Of a DNA stretch of 64,000 bases, positions 35,323 through 45,506 are shown piece by piece. The stretch is from Corallococcus sp. (GTDB lineage: Bacteria; Bacillota; Clostridia; Christensenellales; CAG-314), in NCBI GenBank assembly GCA_023665205.1, contig JAMPEJ010000005.1, positions 10,331 to 74,330 on the forward strand, written 5' to 3'. The notes beneath the pieces were generated by a model that was given only the letters and a program-made list of their open reading frames with translations, had not been told where the DNA came from and searched no databases. Each line of letters begins with the position of its first letter. The first letter of the stretch is position 1. The position numbers and the translations under genes are program-made.

Positions 35323-35826
35323 CTAACTTTTATATGTGAACACCTGCACTTTGTCGGCACTTGTATCCAGCAGGGTTACAACCGCTTGAATAATTTTGTA
35401 TTTCGTAACGGGATCGTTGGCGCCTTCTGCAACCACTACGACGCCGTAGATTTCCGGCGGCAGCGTTTTGACGACAAGCGGTTTGCCGGAAACCGTCACC
35501 AACGTTTCGGTGATCGTTTCTTTGCCGCCCACGACGGTGGTTTCCTTGTCGTATGCGTAAATTTTTTCCTCCGCAACTGCGCAGGATACGGCCACTTTGA
35601 CGTTTTTGCAACCGTCCATTTGTCCTATTACACTAGTAAGTTTATTTTCCATATAGGAAATATATTCGTTAAAATTTGCAACATCTTGGTTTTGCGTGTC
35701 GTTTTTGGAAAAGCCGCCGCTTAGAGCCAATATTACTACTACCGCAATAAGAGCAAAGGCAAGAGCCAGATACAGTTCGATATTTTTGACCGATTTGATT
35801 TTTGCAAACGCTTTTTTTATACTCAT
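35323..35826 (-). CDS. spoIIIAG: Stage III sporulation protein AG
   Basis: E..L..V...MDG...VKV; P.I.GVVVVAEGA..P......QAV..L. Confidence 0.92.
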   Translation of the reverse strand: MSIKKAFAKIKSVKNIELYLALAFALIAVVVILALSGGFSKNDTQNQDVANFNEYISYMENKLTSVIGQMDGCKNVKVAVSCAVAEEKIYAYDKETTVVGGKETITETLVTVSGKPLVVKTLPPEIYGVVVVAEGANDPVTKYKIIQAVVTLLDTSADKVQVFTYKS

Positions 35827-35829
35827 AAT

Positions 35830-36276
35830 TTACTCCGAATTGTTCCAATGAAATACTGCGGGATATTTAGGTTCCGCTAACGCCAAAGCGGACTTTGCTT
35901 TCTCTTCGAGTTCCGGAGAACGCGCCTCGGCAAACTTCACCGTAAACTGCCGCGTCTGCACGGAAAAAGTTACCGACGGTGAGGCAAAGTCTGCCGAAAC
36001 AAATGCCGCGCGTATTGCCTCCGCGTCTGCGTCTTTGCAATTTTCCACATAGTCCAGATAACTTTGCTGCGGCGTCAGTTGACTTTTCTTTTCTCGGTAG
36101 TCCGCTAAAAATCCGTTGCCGGAAAACAGCGAAAATACCGGTTGAGCCACCACTAACGTAACTACTATGCCTATGACGGTTTTGACGTATTTACGAGAAG
36201 ATCCGTTCGGCAAAACTATATCCGCCAAAACGGACAAAATTGCTATGCCTGCAACGGACAATACCCATTGAGCCAA
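35830..36276 (-). CDS. spoIIIAF: Stage III sporulation protein AF
   Basis: W..S........D..LPNG...KYVK...G; TTG start with GGAGG SD; operon position. Confidence 0.85.
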   Translation of the reverse strand: MAQWVLSVAGIAILSVLADIVLPNGSSRKYVKTVIGIVVTLVVAQPVFSLFSGNGFLADYREKKSQLTPQQSYLDYVENCKDADAEAIRAAFVSADFASPSVTFSVQTRQFTVKFAEARSPELEEKAKSALALAEPKYPAVFHWNNSE

Positions 36277-36292
36277 CGAACATCGCCTCCCT

Positions 36293-37432
36293 TTATACAG
36301 AGTTGCCGCAGGAAATTGCAATAAAAGTAAGTATGCAGAACATAAACGATACCGCAATTACCAAAGCCGACAAAAAGTTTAGACATTTGCTAATGCCGCC
36401 AAGCATTTTGACGTATTTGCCGTCTACCAAAGGCTCGCTTACCGCAGCCACCGCCTGTAAACCCAAGTTGACGCATAAAAGAGACATCAAAGGCCTTACC
36501 GCCATAAAAAATACCAACAGCATCGCTACCGCGCCGAAAGCGTTTTTGATAAGCGACGAACCTGCGACAACAATATCGAACCCGTCGGAAATGTAGCCGC
36601 CCAATATAGGTATATAATTTTTTGCGGCGAACTTGGCGGCACGGAAGGAAACTCCGTCGATTTTGGCGGCGGTTATCCCCTGAACGGTTGTAAATGCCGA
36701 AAACAACATAAAAACTACGCCTAACAGCCAACCGGAAGCATTGTTTAGAAATTGAGACATTTTGTTGACGCGGACGTTTTCGGAAATGTTGCTGACGACT
36801 ACGAACACAAACGCAAATACCGAAAGCGGCAAAATAAGGTTTTTTACTACGGCAATCACGGCGGAAGAAAACATAACCATAGCCGGTTGGCATACGCCGC
36901 TTGCGACGTTGCCTCCGCCGGCAATCACCAAAGTAAGAAGGATCGGCATTGCGGCGTCCGTCAAAGCGGAAATTTGATTTAAGAGAGTTGCCACTTGACT
37001 GTAACTTTGCATAACAAGCGACAAAACGGAAATAAGAACCACCGTAACTCCCACAAAGGATATAACGTTGCCGGTATCGACGGAAATAAAACCGTCGTTG
37101 GCGTTTCTGGTCAGCCCGCACACAACCAATACGCAAAAAATACTTACGAGTTGCGGTAATATCCCGGACAGATTGTCCCCAAACAGCGACCCCAAAAGTT
37201 GCAAAAAGCTTTCGGCGCTGTCAAATTCTCCGTTGATTATTTGACGGATCTTTTCCACAAAATTGCCGATAAAAGAACCGCCGACTTCCTCCACTCCGGA
37301 AAAATCTATATTATCCAATCCGTCGGAAACGCCTTGTTGCAAGTCGTCCAACACGTCGGCATAGGCGAACTGCGGCGCAAACGCAATAGAAAACAAAAGC
37401 GCCGAAACAAGCACAAATAACAATTTTTTCAT
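36293..37432 (-). CDS. spoIIIAE: Stage III sporulation protein AE
   Basis: Multi-TM; P.L..L....G; R.AKF.....IP..GG..SD....V.G...IKNA.G. Confidence 0.93.
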   Translation of the reverse strand: MKKLLFVLVSALLFSIAFAPQFAYADVLDDLQQGVSDGLDNIDFSGVEEVGGSFIGNFVEKIRQIINGEFDSAESFLQLLGSLFGDNLSGILPQLVSIFCVLVVCGLTRNANDGFISVDTGNVISFVGVTVVLISVLSLVMQSYSQVATLLNQISALTDAAMPILLTLVIAGGGNVASGVCQPAMVMFSSAVIAVVKNLILPLSVFAFVFVVVSNISENVRVNKMSQFLNNASGWLLGVVFMLFSAFTTVQGITAAKIDGVSFRAAKFAAKNYIPILGGYISDGFDIVVAGSSLIKNAFGAVAMLLVFFMAVRPLMSLLCVNLGLQAVAAVSEPLVDGKYVKMLGGISKCLNFLSALVIAVSFMFCILTFIAISCGNSV

Positions 37433-37812
37433 AGCACGATACCGCGAATCAGCGCAAACAGTTTGCTTACGACCGGCATTGCGCAAAACAAAATGGAAAT
37501 TTTTGACGCCAAAAGAACCTTATCGCCCACGCTTTTGCAATTAGCGTCCGCACAAATATTGTTGGCGAACTCCGCGACGTAACCGATGCCGACGACTTTG
37601 ACGACGCAGGATATCGCCTCGCTGTCGATGCCGCTGCTTTCCGCAAAGTTGTAAAACGTGTACACAACCTCGAACAATTGGTCGCAAATAAGTATCGTAA
37701 GCGCTACTCCCGAGCAGACGGTCAAAACCGTTGCAAATTCGGGATTTAATTGTTTTGTTACCACGATTGCAACTACGGCAACGACGGCAAACAGGGCGAT
37801 TTTCAAGATCAT
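37429..37812 (-). CDS. spoIIIAD: Stage III sporulation protein AD
   Basis: KVVGIGYVAEF...IC.DA......KV.LA.KI.I...P. Confidence 0.94.
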   Translation of the reverse strand: MILKIALFAVVAVVAIVVTKQLNPEFATVLTVCSGVALTILICDQLFEVVYTFYNFAESSGIDSEAISCVVKVVGIGYVAEFANNICADANCKSVGDKVLLASKISILFCAMPVVSKLFALIRGIVL

Positions 37813-37816
37813 ATTG

Positions 37817-38011
37817 CTACAAATCGAACAAAGCGCGCAAAGTTTCGTACAGTTGCGAGATCATATCCAACAGCATAACGAAAGCAATGATGAGCCCCGC
37901 CACGGAAACTACGGTTGCAATTTCGTCCTTGCCGGCCTTTTTAAGCAACATTCCGGATATTGCGGTTATTATTCCTATTGCCGCTATTTTGAAAATGATT
38001 ACAATATCCAT
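37817..38011 (-). CDS. spoIIIAC: Stage III sporulation protein AC
   Basis: MDI..IFKIAAIGI......LLK.AGK.E.A....AGL. Confidence 0.95.
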   Translation of the reverse strand: MDIVIIFKIAAIGIITAISGMLLKKAGKDEIATVVSVAGLIIAFVMLLDMISQLYETLRALFDL

Positions 38012-38020
38012 CGGTTTCTC

Positions 38021-38464
38021 CTACAAAAACAAAATGCCGATCATTGCGCCTAACAGCATGCCTATTTTTACGTACACTGCGGACTTGGCGGCAGACTGAG
38101 CGCACTGCTCCGCGTCCGGACGGAGTTGAGATTCGTAAAACTCCAAATGCTGCAGAAGTTGGTTTCCGCTTGCACAGTTAAGATTTGCAAAGAAGTCCTG
38201 CACGGTCTTACGCTTGTCCGACTTCATACGCGGAAACTTGTTCTGACAAAGAGCCGCGCTGAACGCACCGCTACAATTGACGCAAAAATCGGCGTTGAAT
38301 TTTTCCAACTCCACTTGCCGTCCGTTGACGTTCAGTTTAAGCGCGGCGATGTATTTCAGCAGATCTAAATACATTTGGTTTTTGACGGTTATTTGCTTTT
38401 GCAAAAAACGTCCCAACAAAAAACCGCACAAAATGCAACATATAAGTATTGTTATGCGTGTCAT
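38021..38464 (-). CDS. spoIIIAB: Stage III sporulation protein AB
   Basis: N- and C-terminal TM; Y.K.G.L.G....IL; operon position. Confidence 0.82.
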   Translation of the reverse strand: MTRITILICCILCGFLLGRFLQKQITVKNQMYLDLLKYIAALKLNVNGRQVELEKFNADFCVNCSGAFSAALCQNKFPRMKSDKRKTVQDFFANLNCASGNQLLQHLEFYESQLRPDAEQCAQSAAKSAVYVKIGMLLGAMIGILFL

Positions 38465-38470
38465 AGTATT

Positions 38471-39316
38471 TTACAAAGTGTCGTTTGAGACAGTAATGTT
38501 CTCATTTTTACGTAAATCTACGATTCTTTGAGCAAAAGTACCCTTTTCCAAAAAAACCGCGGTTTGAAAATATTGCAGCGAATCGCCGAGTTTTACTGCA
38601 AGGTCGCGCTCGGTTTGCGCGTGTACGCTCGCGGCAATTTGCACGCCGGAAGCGGAAACGTCGGGGATAAGCGCCACGTCGCTTGGCGAAAGTTCGTCGC
38701 AAACGACCCAATCCGGAGACATAGCGCGCACACCCACCTCGAAAGAGTATCTTTTGCCGCAATGCAGAAATACGTCGCAGAAAGACTTTGTCTTGAAGGC
38801 CGCGCAGCAGGAAATTTCTCCGCGTTCGTCAGCCACCACCACGTTTTGCGTTTGCGAAAGTTTTATTGCAAGATCCCTTAGATAGGTGGTTTTTCCGCTG
38901 CAAGGCGCGCCGGCAATAATTACGCTAGCCGAAGGCAAACTGCCGACACAATCGATCTGGCGGGCCGTGCGAATGCAGAGCGACGTGTACTTTTGGAACA
39001 CGCCCTTTGCTCCGGCAACGCCGCACACTCCCACGCGCGTTGCGTCTTCCATAGTAAAAAAGCCTTCTGCAAGCATTTTTTCATAGGCGTAAACGGAATT
39101 ATTGCACGCCTTTTTTACAAACTCGTCGCAGACGTCTGCAGGCATACGTTGAGCGTAACAGGCCTGTGCCGTTAAAGAACGGGAACCGACCCAATACCAG
39201 GTTCCGCCGACGTTTACTTTTGCCGGTCTGTCATTGCGCAAACGTACTTCTCGCACGTCGGCTACGCCACACAAACACGCCGCGGCGGCAGGCGGCAAAC
39301 ACTGCAAAAAGTTCAT
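38471..39316 (-). CDS. spoIIIAA: Stage III sporulation protein AA (ATPase)
   Basis: EVRLR..RP, SVYAYE....GF.T...RVG, G.P.SGKTT.LRD, DERGEI, RAMSP....DE. Confidence 0.93.
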   Translation of the reverse strand: MNFLQCLPPAAAACLCGVADVREVRLRNDRPAKVNVGGTWYWVGSRSLTAQACYAQRMPADVCDEFVKKACNNSVYAYEKMLAEGFFTMEDATRVGVCGVAGAKGVFQKYTSLCIRTARQIDCVGSLPSASVIIAGAPCSGKTTYLRDLAIKLSQTQNVVVADERGEISCCAAFKTKSFCDVFLHCGKRYSFEVGVRAMSPDWVVCDELSPSDVALIPDVSASGVQIAASVHAQTERDLAVKLGDSLQYFQTAVFLEKGTFAQRIVDLRKNENITVSNDTL

Positions 39317-39321
39317 ACAAC

Positions 39322-39350
39322 ATAATATTGGACAAGCGCTCCGTTTATGC
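39322..39350 (-). promoter_or_regulatory. sigma-E-type promoter of the spoIIIA operon
   Basis: GCATA-N16-AATATTAT, ATG 5 nt downstream, no SD. Confidence 0.5.
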
Positions 39351-39483
39351 ACAGGAAGAAAAAAATAAGCTCAAATCAAAAACGTGCGCATTTTTTGATC
39401 TGAGCTTTTGCGGTAAAGTGTAAACGGTAAATAAACTGTAAAAAGCAACAATAAATATTTGAAACAATAGTATACAATGCAAT

Positions 39484-39516
39484 AAAAAACGCCTCGGCTA
39501 TCAGCAAAGGCGTTTT
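39484..39516 (-). terminator. terminator after efp
   Basis: aaaacgcct..gct...agc..aggcgtttt hairpin with T tract. Confidence 0.75.
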
Positions 39517-39538
39517 GTTTTGTACTGGTATTATTCTG

Positions 39539-40102
39539 TTAAACTTTGGCGCGTTCCATATATTCGCCGGTGCGGGTATCGATACGGATGTATTCGCCTT
39601 CGTTGACGAACATAGGTACCATAAGCGTATAGCCCGTTTCCACCGTCGCCTGCTTGGTGGCGTTGGTTGCCGTATTGCCGGTAACTGCCGGCTCGCACTT
39701 TGTAATTTGCAAAACCACAAAGTTGGGCGGCTCGACGGAGAAAGCCTCGCCCTTGTAAAACTTGATGGTCGCAAGCATATTTTCTTTCATAAACATAAGA
39801 GCATCTTCTACCTGCGCGTGAGAAAGCGGAACTTGCTCGTAGGTTTGTTGATCCATAAAGTAATAAATTTCGCCGTCGGAATACAGATACTCCATTTCTT
39901 TATTTTCGATGCGCGCAAGTTCAAACTTTTCGGACGGGTTGAAAGTTTCCTCGCGCACGGCTCCGGTTACTACGTTTTTGATTTTTGTACGCACAAAAGC
40001 CGCGCCCTTGCCCGGTTTGACGTGCTGGAAATCCACAATGGTATAGATACCGTTGTTGTAGACGAAAGTTACGCCTTTTCTGAAATCGCCTGCTAAAATC
40101 AT
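39539..40102 (-). CDS. efp: Elongation factor P
   Basis: [14 protein letters not shown]; G.T......K.A..ETG; [10 protein letters not shown]. Confidence 0.99.
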   Translation of the reverse strand: MILAGDFRKGVTFVYNNGIYTIVDFQHVKPGKGAAFVRTKIKNVVTGAVREETFNPSEKFELARIENKEMEYLYSDGEIYYFMDQQTYEQVPLSHAQVEDALMFMKENMLATIKFYKGEAFSVEPPNFVVLQITKCEPAVTGNTATNATKQATVETGYTLMVPMFVNEGEYIRIDTRTGEYMERAKV

Positions 40103-40384
40103 TGTTGTTTTGCCTCCTGATTGTGTTAGTAAGTTAAAATATTTACGTTACGTATTTGCACAATGCCATCCGAAAATACCAACTGCAAAAAAATTTGACC
40201 GCAAAAACGCATATTTTGCAATGCAGCGGCAAATTGAAATTGCTCCGCGCATGCAAATTCGGACAAAATACCGCCGTTTTATAAAATTACAAAATTTTTA
40301 TCGTATGTTGTACGGGAAGTCACCGTGCAAACTCGGGAAAATTTGCTGCGCCATGTCGAATATTAGCCATATTTAGCATATTGA

Positions 40385-41452
40385 CTATAATATTATAATG
40401 CCTTTATCCGAGTTTGTCAAATCTATCACTCCATCTTGCTCAAAAAGCAGCAAATCTTCTATACGAACGCCGCCTAAACCCGGCACGTACACGCCCGGCT
40501 CGCAAGTAACAAACTGTTTTGGCGCAAACTTGGTTTTGATTCCGACAGCGGCGCGAGGTTCTTCGTGAATATCGATACCCAAACTGTGGCCGGTACTGTG
40601 CGTAAAGTATTGCCCGAAGCCGTGCGCGGTGATAACTTCGCGGCAGAAACTGTCCAATTCTTCCCCGCTAGCGCCCACATAAGCGTTTTGAATACCCGAT
40701 TTTTGCGCGGCGAGCACCGTTTCGTATATTTTGCGCATTTCCGCACTCGGTTCGCCCACAAACACCGTGCGCGTCATATCCGAGCAGTAACCGTGATAAC
40801 GCGCGCCGAAATCCATCGTAACCGCATCGCCGTTTTCTATTTTTTTATCCGTCGGGTGAGCGTGCGGCTTGGAAGTATTCACTCCGGAGGCTATTATAGT
40901 ATCGAATGCCAACCCCTCGGCTCCGTTTTTATCCAAACGGTACTCCAGTTCCACCGCTAATTCCTTTTCGGACATACCTACGCGAATAATTTTTAATATA
41001 TCGGAAAAAGCGGCGTCTGTAATAGACTGCGCTTTTTTGATATAGGCAATTTCCGTTTCGTCCTTCACGCTGCGCACTAAATTGATATGATTTCCGCAAG
41101 GCGTAAGAGTAAAATCCTTGAAGTGTGCGCCCAAAACGGAAAACTCCGCAACGGTAAGTTCGGTATCTTCGAAACCGACCGTTTTACAGCGCTTGTCCCG
41201 AAGCAAATCCGCTACCGCCTCTATTGCGCCCGCGCCGCCTTTGGCTTCCGTTACGCGCAAATTTTCACAGTTCAAAGCGCACGCCATTTCGTAGTAACGC
41301 GGATCTGTTATAAATACGTTTCTATTGTCAGGAAACAACAGCAAATATCCGAAAGTGGATGCAAACTCCGTAAAATACATACGGTTTTTTTCACTTACGA
41401 CCAATATTGCGTCGGTCTTAGTCAAATCAAAAAGTTTTTTAACGTCTTTCAT
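40385..41452 (-). CDS. Xaa-Pro aminopeptidase (M24B)
   Basis: PHA, DFGA.Y.GYCSDMTRT, HSTGHSLG..IHE.P, EPGVY..G.GGVRIED. Confidence 0.95.
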   Translation of the reverse strand: MKDVKKLFDLTKTDAILVVSEKNRMYFTEFASTFGYLLLFPDNRNVFITDPRYYEMACALNCENLRVTEAKGGAGAIEAVADLLRDKRCKTVGFEDTELTVAEFSVLGAHFKDFTLTPCGNHINLVRSVKDETEIAYIKKAQSITDAAFSDILKIIRVGMSEKELAVELEYRLDKNGAEGLAFDTIIASGVNTSKPHAHPTDKKIENGDAVTMDFGARYHGYCSDMTRTVFVGEPSAEMRKIYETVLAAQKSGIQNAYVGASGEELDSFCREVITAHGFGQYFTHSTGHSLGIDIHEEPRAAVGIKTKFAPKQFVTCEPGVYVPGLGGVRIEDLLLFEQDGVIDLTNSDKGIIIL

Positions 41453-41454
41453 TT

Positions 41455-42312
41455 TTAATCCTCCGCAAGAACGCTTTCGTAGATTTTTTTCATCGCAAGC
41501 GCGTCGTCTGCCTGCGTACCGTCCGATTCGCAGATTATTACGGGTTCCAATTTATGCTTTACGATTACTTTGGCAAGCGGCAAAAATTCCGGCCCGTATT
41601 GCGTATCGGCAAAAGTAAGATGACGTACTTCGCCGCCTTGCGAATACTCTATTTTGGAAAAGTGTATATGCATTTTTTTTGTGCGCTCGTACCCCACTTT
41701 GTTTATAAGGTAAGTTATTATACGTTCGTAATCTTCTTCCGTTTTAAGTCCGCCCAAAGTACGGGCATTTTGATGTCCGAAATCGACGGTCGGAAGCAAA
41801 CAATCCGCCATTGAAACCAGTTCGGCAATTTCCTCATAGTCGCCTATTTGATTTATTTTACCCATGGTTTCGGGGCAAAACCAAACGTCGGTATAATTGC
41901 TGTGAGCAAGCCTGCGTAAAAAAGTTTCCATACGCTTTTTTGTAAGCGAGAAAGCCTCGGCGCGGCTCGTTTTGCCTACCGAAGCCGTGTGGAAAATAAC
42001 GCGATCGCCGAAAAACATTTGCACTTTTTGAGCGCTGCGAAACAAATACCCGAAGGACTTGTCCGCCATACTGTCGTCGGGATTTGCAAAATTGACGTAG
42101 TACGGCGCATGTACGGAAACTTTAAGTCCGAACTGATTGCCCAAAAGACCTATGCTGTTGGCTTTTTCGTCGCCGATATTTATTCCGCGTCCGAAGGAAT
42201 ATTCATAGGCGTTAAGCCCCATATCCGAGCACCACTTCGGCGCGTCCATTGTGGAATCGTGTCCCTCATCGTAAAACCTTTTGCTGTTGCCGCTAGGGCC
42301 GAATCTTATCAT
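41455..42312 (-). CDS. Endonuclease IV-like TIM-barrel protein (AP endonuclease family 2)
   Basis: SVHAPYYVN, PETMGK, DFGH, HIHFS.IEY, RH, ICES metal ligands. Confidence 0.88.
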   Translation of the reverse strand: MIRFGPSGNSKRFYDEGHDSTMDAPKWCSDMGLNAYEYSFGRGINIGDEKANSIGLLGNQFGLKVSVHAPYYVNFANPDDSMADKSFGYLFRSAQKVQMFFGDRVIFHTASVGKTSRAEAFSLTKKRMETFLRRLAHSNYTDVWFCPETMGKINQIGDYEEIAELVSMADCLLPTVDFGHQNARTLGGLKTEEDYERIITYLINKVGYERTKKMHIHFSKIEYSQGGEVRHLTFADTQYGPEFLPLAKVIVKHKLEPVIICESDGTQADDALAMKKIYESVLAED

Positions 42313-42315
42313 AGT

Positions 42316-43209
42316 TTACCGCCTTCTCCAATGTGAAATATCCCGCTGTAATTGATGTTTTAGCGCCTGTTCGCTGTCAAATTTTTGTATCGGACGAATA
42401 TACTTCAACAAACAAACTTTAAGCGGTTTTCCGTACAAGTCTCCGTCAAAATCCAGTAAATGGGCCTCTACTCTTGGGGTTTCAAGGGCGAATGTAGGCG
42501 TATTTCCTACGTTTACAACGGCTTTGTAAGTTGTGCCGTCTACCGCTGCCAAACCTAAAAACACACCCGCCGGTGCAAGTTTGTCGGCAGGAATTTCCAA
42601 ATTGGCCGTAGGAAAACCCAACTCGTGTCCCACGCGTCTTCCTCTTGCAACCGTTCCGCAAAAAAAGAAAGGCTGCGACAAATATCCGTTTGCACGCCGA
42701 ACTTTTCCGTCCGACAGCAAACTTCTGATAAAAGTGCTGGAAACCTTTTTCCGGAATGCGGTTTTGACAAGAGACGCTATTTTGACAGGGCAAACTCCTT
42801 CAAAGAACTTTTGTACGTCCAGGGCACCCGTCAAATCGCTTCCGCAAGTAAAATCGCATCCGCATACAATGCCTTTCAAATTGAAATTATCCGTTATCTC
42901 GCGCAAAAATTCCTTGCCTGTTTTCAACATAAACTCTGCGTCGAAACGCGCTTCTACCACAACGTCCACGCCCAAACTCCGATACAATTCCAATCGTTCC
43001 GAAAATGTGTAGATCAACTTTACGGGTCGGTTCAACGTATCGAAATGATTATTGGAAAAAGTAAAAAGAGCGACTTGCGCGCCGCAAAGCAAAGCAATAC
43101 GCTTTGCTTCGTTCAATAGGCGCGTATGCCCCGAGTGCATACAGTCAAAAAAGCCCAAACACATAACGACGGGAACGTCGTATTTTTGACTTAGCGAAAT
43201 TACTTTCAC
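42316..43209 (-). CDS. ribF: Bifunctional riboflavin kinase/FAD synthetase
   Basis: G.FD..H.GH, VSST.IR, G..LGFPTAN, NVG.TPT, EAHLLDF. Confidence 0.95.
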   Translation of the reverse strand: MKVISLSQKYDVPVVMCLGFFDCMHSGHTRLLNEAKRIALLCGAQVALFTFSNNHFDTLNRPVKLIYTFSERLELYRSLGVDVVVEARFDAEFMLKTGKEFLREITDNFNLKGIVCGCDFTCGSDLTGALDVQKFFEGVCPVKIASLVKTAFRKKVSSTFIRSLLSDGKVRRANGYLSQPFFFCGTVARGRRVGHELGFPTANLEIPADKLAPAGVFLGLAAVDGTTYKAVVNVGNTPTFALETPRVEAHLLDFDGDLYGKPLKVCLLKYIRPIQKFDSEQALKHQLQRDISHWRRR

Positions 43210-43357
43210 TTTTACTCCGTATTTTTCGTATAAACTATTACTTATCCACGCGGCATCGACAACGTCAAAAAACGGTTCTACTCAACAGACTTTTACCGCC
43301 AAACGACCGCAGTAAACGGCTTTGACCAAGCAAAATTATAGTATCTAACAAATGCTC

Positions 43358-44209
43358 TTACATACTTTTTAGGTAATATTTCAAATTGAGCGTACCGCCC
43401 GAATTGATCCCCAGACCGAAAAAAACGCCTTTGCAATAAATTTTGCGGTATCCGTCCTCAAACGGGCAGGGGATTTTACGCCCGTTATCCAAGTCCGTAT
43501 ACAAAGCGTCCGGCAAAACGCAGGTTTCTACGTCGGCAAGCGGGTACATAACGGGAAGCATGCACGACTCGGCGTTTTTGCGGATCTCGTCCAACGTAAA
43601 TGCGTTTTCTATCGCAAAGCAGCCGGAACGCAAACGAATCAATCCGCTCATGTATCCAACGGCGCCGCACAACTCCGCAACGTCGCGTGCAAGCGAACGA
43701 ATGTACGTACCTGCGCTGCACTCCACGTCAAAAACAAAAGTATCGGCAGATATTTGCCGCAGCAAATCGAAACGGTGCACGTTGACCGGACGGGCTTTCA
43801 ATTGTACCTCTGCGCCGCTGCGCGCCAATTTGTAAGCGCGAACGCCTCCGACCGTAATGGCAGAATAGGCGGGAGGCAACTGCTCTATACTTCCGGTGAG
43901 TTTCGCCGCTGCAGATCGCAGTTGCTCCAACGTAGGCAAAACGGTGCTTTTTTGCGTCACAACGCCGTAACTGTCCAACGTGTCCGTAGTCTTACCGAAA
44001 GTAAAAAACGCCCTGTAATACTTTACTTTGTCCGTCAAAAAATTAAACAATCTGGTAGCCCTGCCGAGAGCAACAGGCAAAACGCCCGAAGCACCCGGAT
44101 CCAAGGTGCCCAAGTGACCGGCCTTTTCGTTAAAAACGCGCTTTACGCACACGACTACGTCGCTGGCGGTTGCACCGACGGGCTTTAAGACGTTTACAAA
44201 GCCGTCCAT
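43358..44209 (-). CDS. truB: tRNA pseudouridine(55) synthase
   Basis: GHLGTLDP.ASGVL, PPAYSA, CSAGTYIRSL. Confidence 0.97.
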   Translation of the reverse strand: MDGFVNVLKPVGATASDVVVCVKRVFNEKAGHLGTLDPGASGVLPVALGRATRLFNFLTDKVKYYRAFFTFGKTTDTLDSYGVVTQKSTVLPTLEQLRSAAAKLTGSIEQLPPAYSAITVGGVRAYKLARSGAEVQLKARPVNVHRFDLLRQISADTFVFDVECSAGTYIRSLARDVAELCGAVGYMSGLIRLRSGCFAIENAFTLDEIRKNAESCMLPVMYPLADVETCVLPDALYTDLDNGRKIPCPFEDGYRKIYCKGVFFGLGINSGGTLNLKYYLKSM

Positions 44210-44212
44210 ACG

Positions 44213-45178
44213 CTACTCCATACTCCAAGAAAATGCTCGAACCACCTGTTCGATCACGTCTTCCAAAAAACCGTGGATTTCGCATCCCGCCGCAACCAAA
44301 TGTCCGCCGCCGCCGAAAGTGCGGCAGATATCTCGCACGTTAAAATTTTTGCTGCGCATACTTACCTTAAAACAATTTTGCGCATACTCGCACAAACTTA
44401 CGCCGGCTGTCGCCGTTTCCACGCCGATTGCGTGCTGCACCATTCCTTCCGAAGCGGAAGAGTCGCAACCGTACTTTTTTAAGTCGTCACAAGTAAGGAA
44501 AATAATTACCAATTTACCGCCGAAATATTCGCGCATTCGGCCTGCCGCGTAGCCTTGCACTCTGGCAGTTGCAAAAGGAATATCGCGGAAAAATACTCGG
44601 TTTACCTTTTGCATATCAGCGCCCAATTCGCACAACTCCGCCGCCATCAAAAAACTCGGCTTGTCGGTATTGGAATTGGCAAAATTGCCTGTATCCGTGC
44701 ACAGCCCCATATACAAATAAGTTGCAAGTTGCCCGTCGATTTTTACCGGCAAGCACTGCACGATTTCGTATATTATCTGGCAGGTGCTGGCGTAATTTAA
44801 TACGCAGTTGTATTTGGAAAAATACTCGCCGCCGTGATGATCGACGGTCAGCGTTTCAGCAAAATCTTGATAGACTCCGGCAAACTCCCCCAAACGGAAA
44901 AGGTCGCCGCAGTCCACCGCAACAAACAAATCGTAATTACCGTAAAACTCCGTACTGTATGCCGAAGTCTGCTCGAAATGCGGCAATCCGTTTTTCATAG
45001 GTTCGTCGCAAAACAGCGCAACGTTTTTCCCAAGTTGCTTTAACGCAAGAGAAAGAGCCACTGTTGCGCCCACGGTGTCGCCGTCCGGCCTTGTGTGCGA
45101 AAACAGCGCTACGTTTTGCACTGATTGCAAAAGGCGCGCTATTTCCGTTATTTCAATTTTGTTTTTTGTTGATTTCAT
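44213..45178 (-). CDS. nrnA: DHH/DHHA1 phosphoesterase (nanoRNase NrnA)
   Basis: H.RPDGD, DHH, TDTG.F, S.RS, GGGGH..AAG. Confidence 0.9.
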   Translation of the reverse strand: MKSTKNKIEITEIARLLQSVQNVALFSHTRPDGDTVGATVALSLALKQLGKNVALFCDEPMKNGLPHFEQTSAYSTEFYGNYDLFVAVDCGDLFRLGEFAGVYQDFAETLTVDHHGGEYFSKYNCVLNYASTCQIIYEIVQCLPVKIDGQLATYLYMGLCTDTGNFANSNTDKPSFLMAAELCELGADMQKVNRVFFRDIPFATARVQGYAAGRMREYFGGKLVIIFLTCDDLKKYGCDSSASEGMVQHAIGVETATAGVSLCEYAQNCFKVSMRSKNFNVRDICRTFGGGGHLVAAGCEIHGFLEDVIEQVVRAFSWSME

Positions 45179-45506
45179 TTAGTATATCGTCGATTTTTTG
45201 ACCGTAACTCATGGTTTTGTCCAACACAAAAGTAAACTGAGGTACCTTGCGTATGTGCATTGCCTTGGATATTTCGCGGCGGACGTAAGGTTCGTTTTCG
45301 CATATAGCCGCAAAGGTTGCAGCAGCCTTTTGAGTATCGGTCGAATATACGCTTACGTACACCTTAGCGGTAGAAAGATCTGCGTCCGTCACCACTTCCA
45401 AAACGGTAAACATCTCCGTTATACGCGGATCCTTGACGCGTTTTAAGAGCAATTCCGAAATATAACGTTTGAACTCGGCATTTAGTTTTTGAGTACGCGT
45501 CGTCAT
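45153..45506 (-). CDS. rbfA: Ribosome-binding factor A
   Basis: VKDPRI, DLS.AKVYVS, R.VP...F..D. Confidence 0.96.
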   Translation of the reverse strand: MTTRTQKLNAEFKRYISELLLKRVKDPRITEMFTVLEVVTDADLSTAKVYVSVYSTDTQKAAATFAAICENEPYVRREISKAMHIRKVPQFTFVLDKTMSYGQKIDDILNEINKKQN

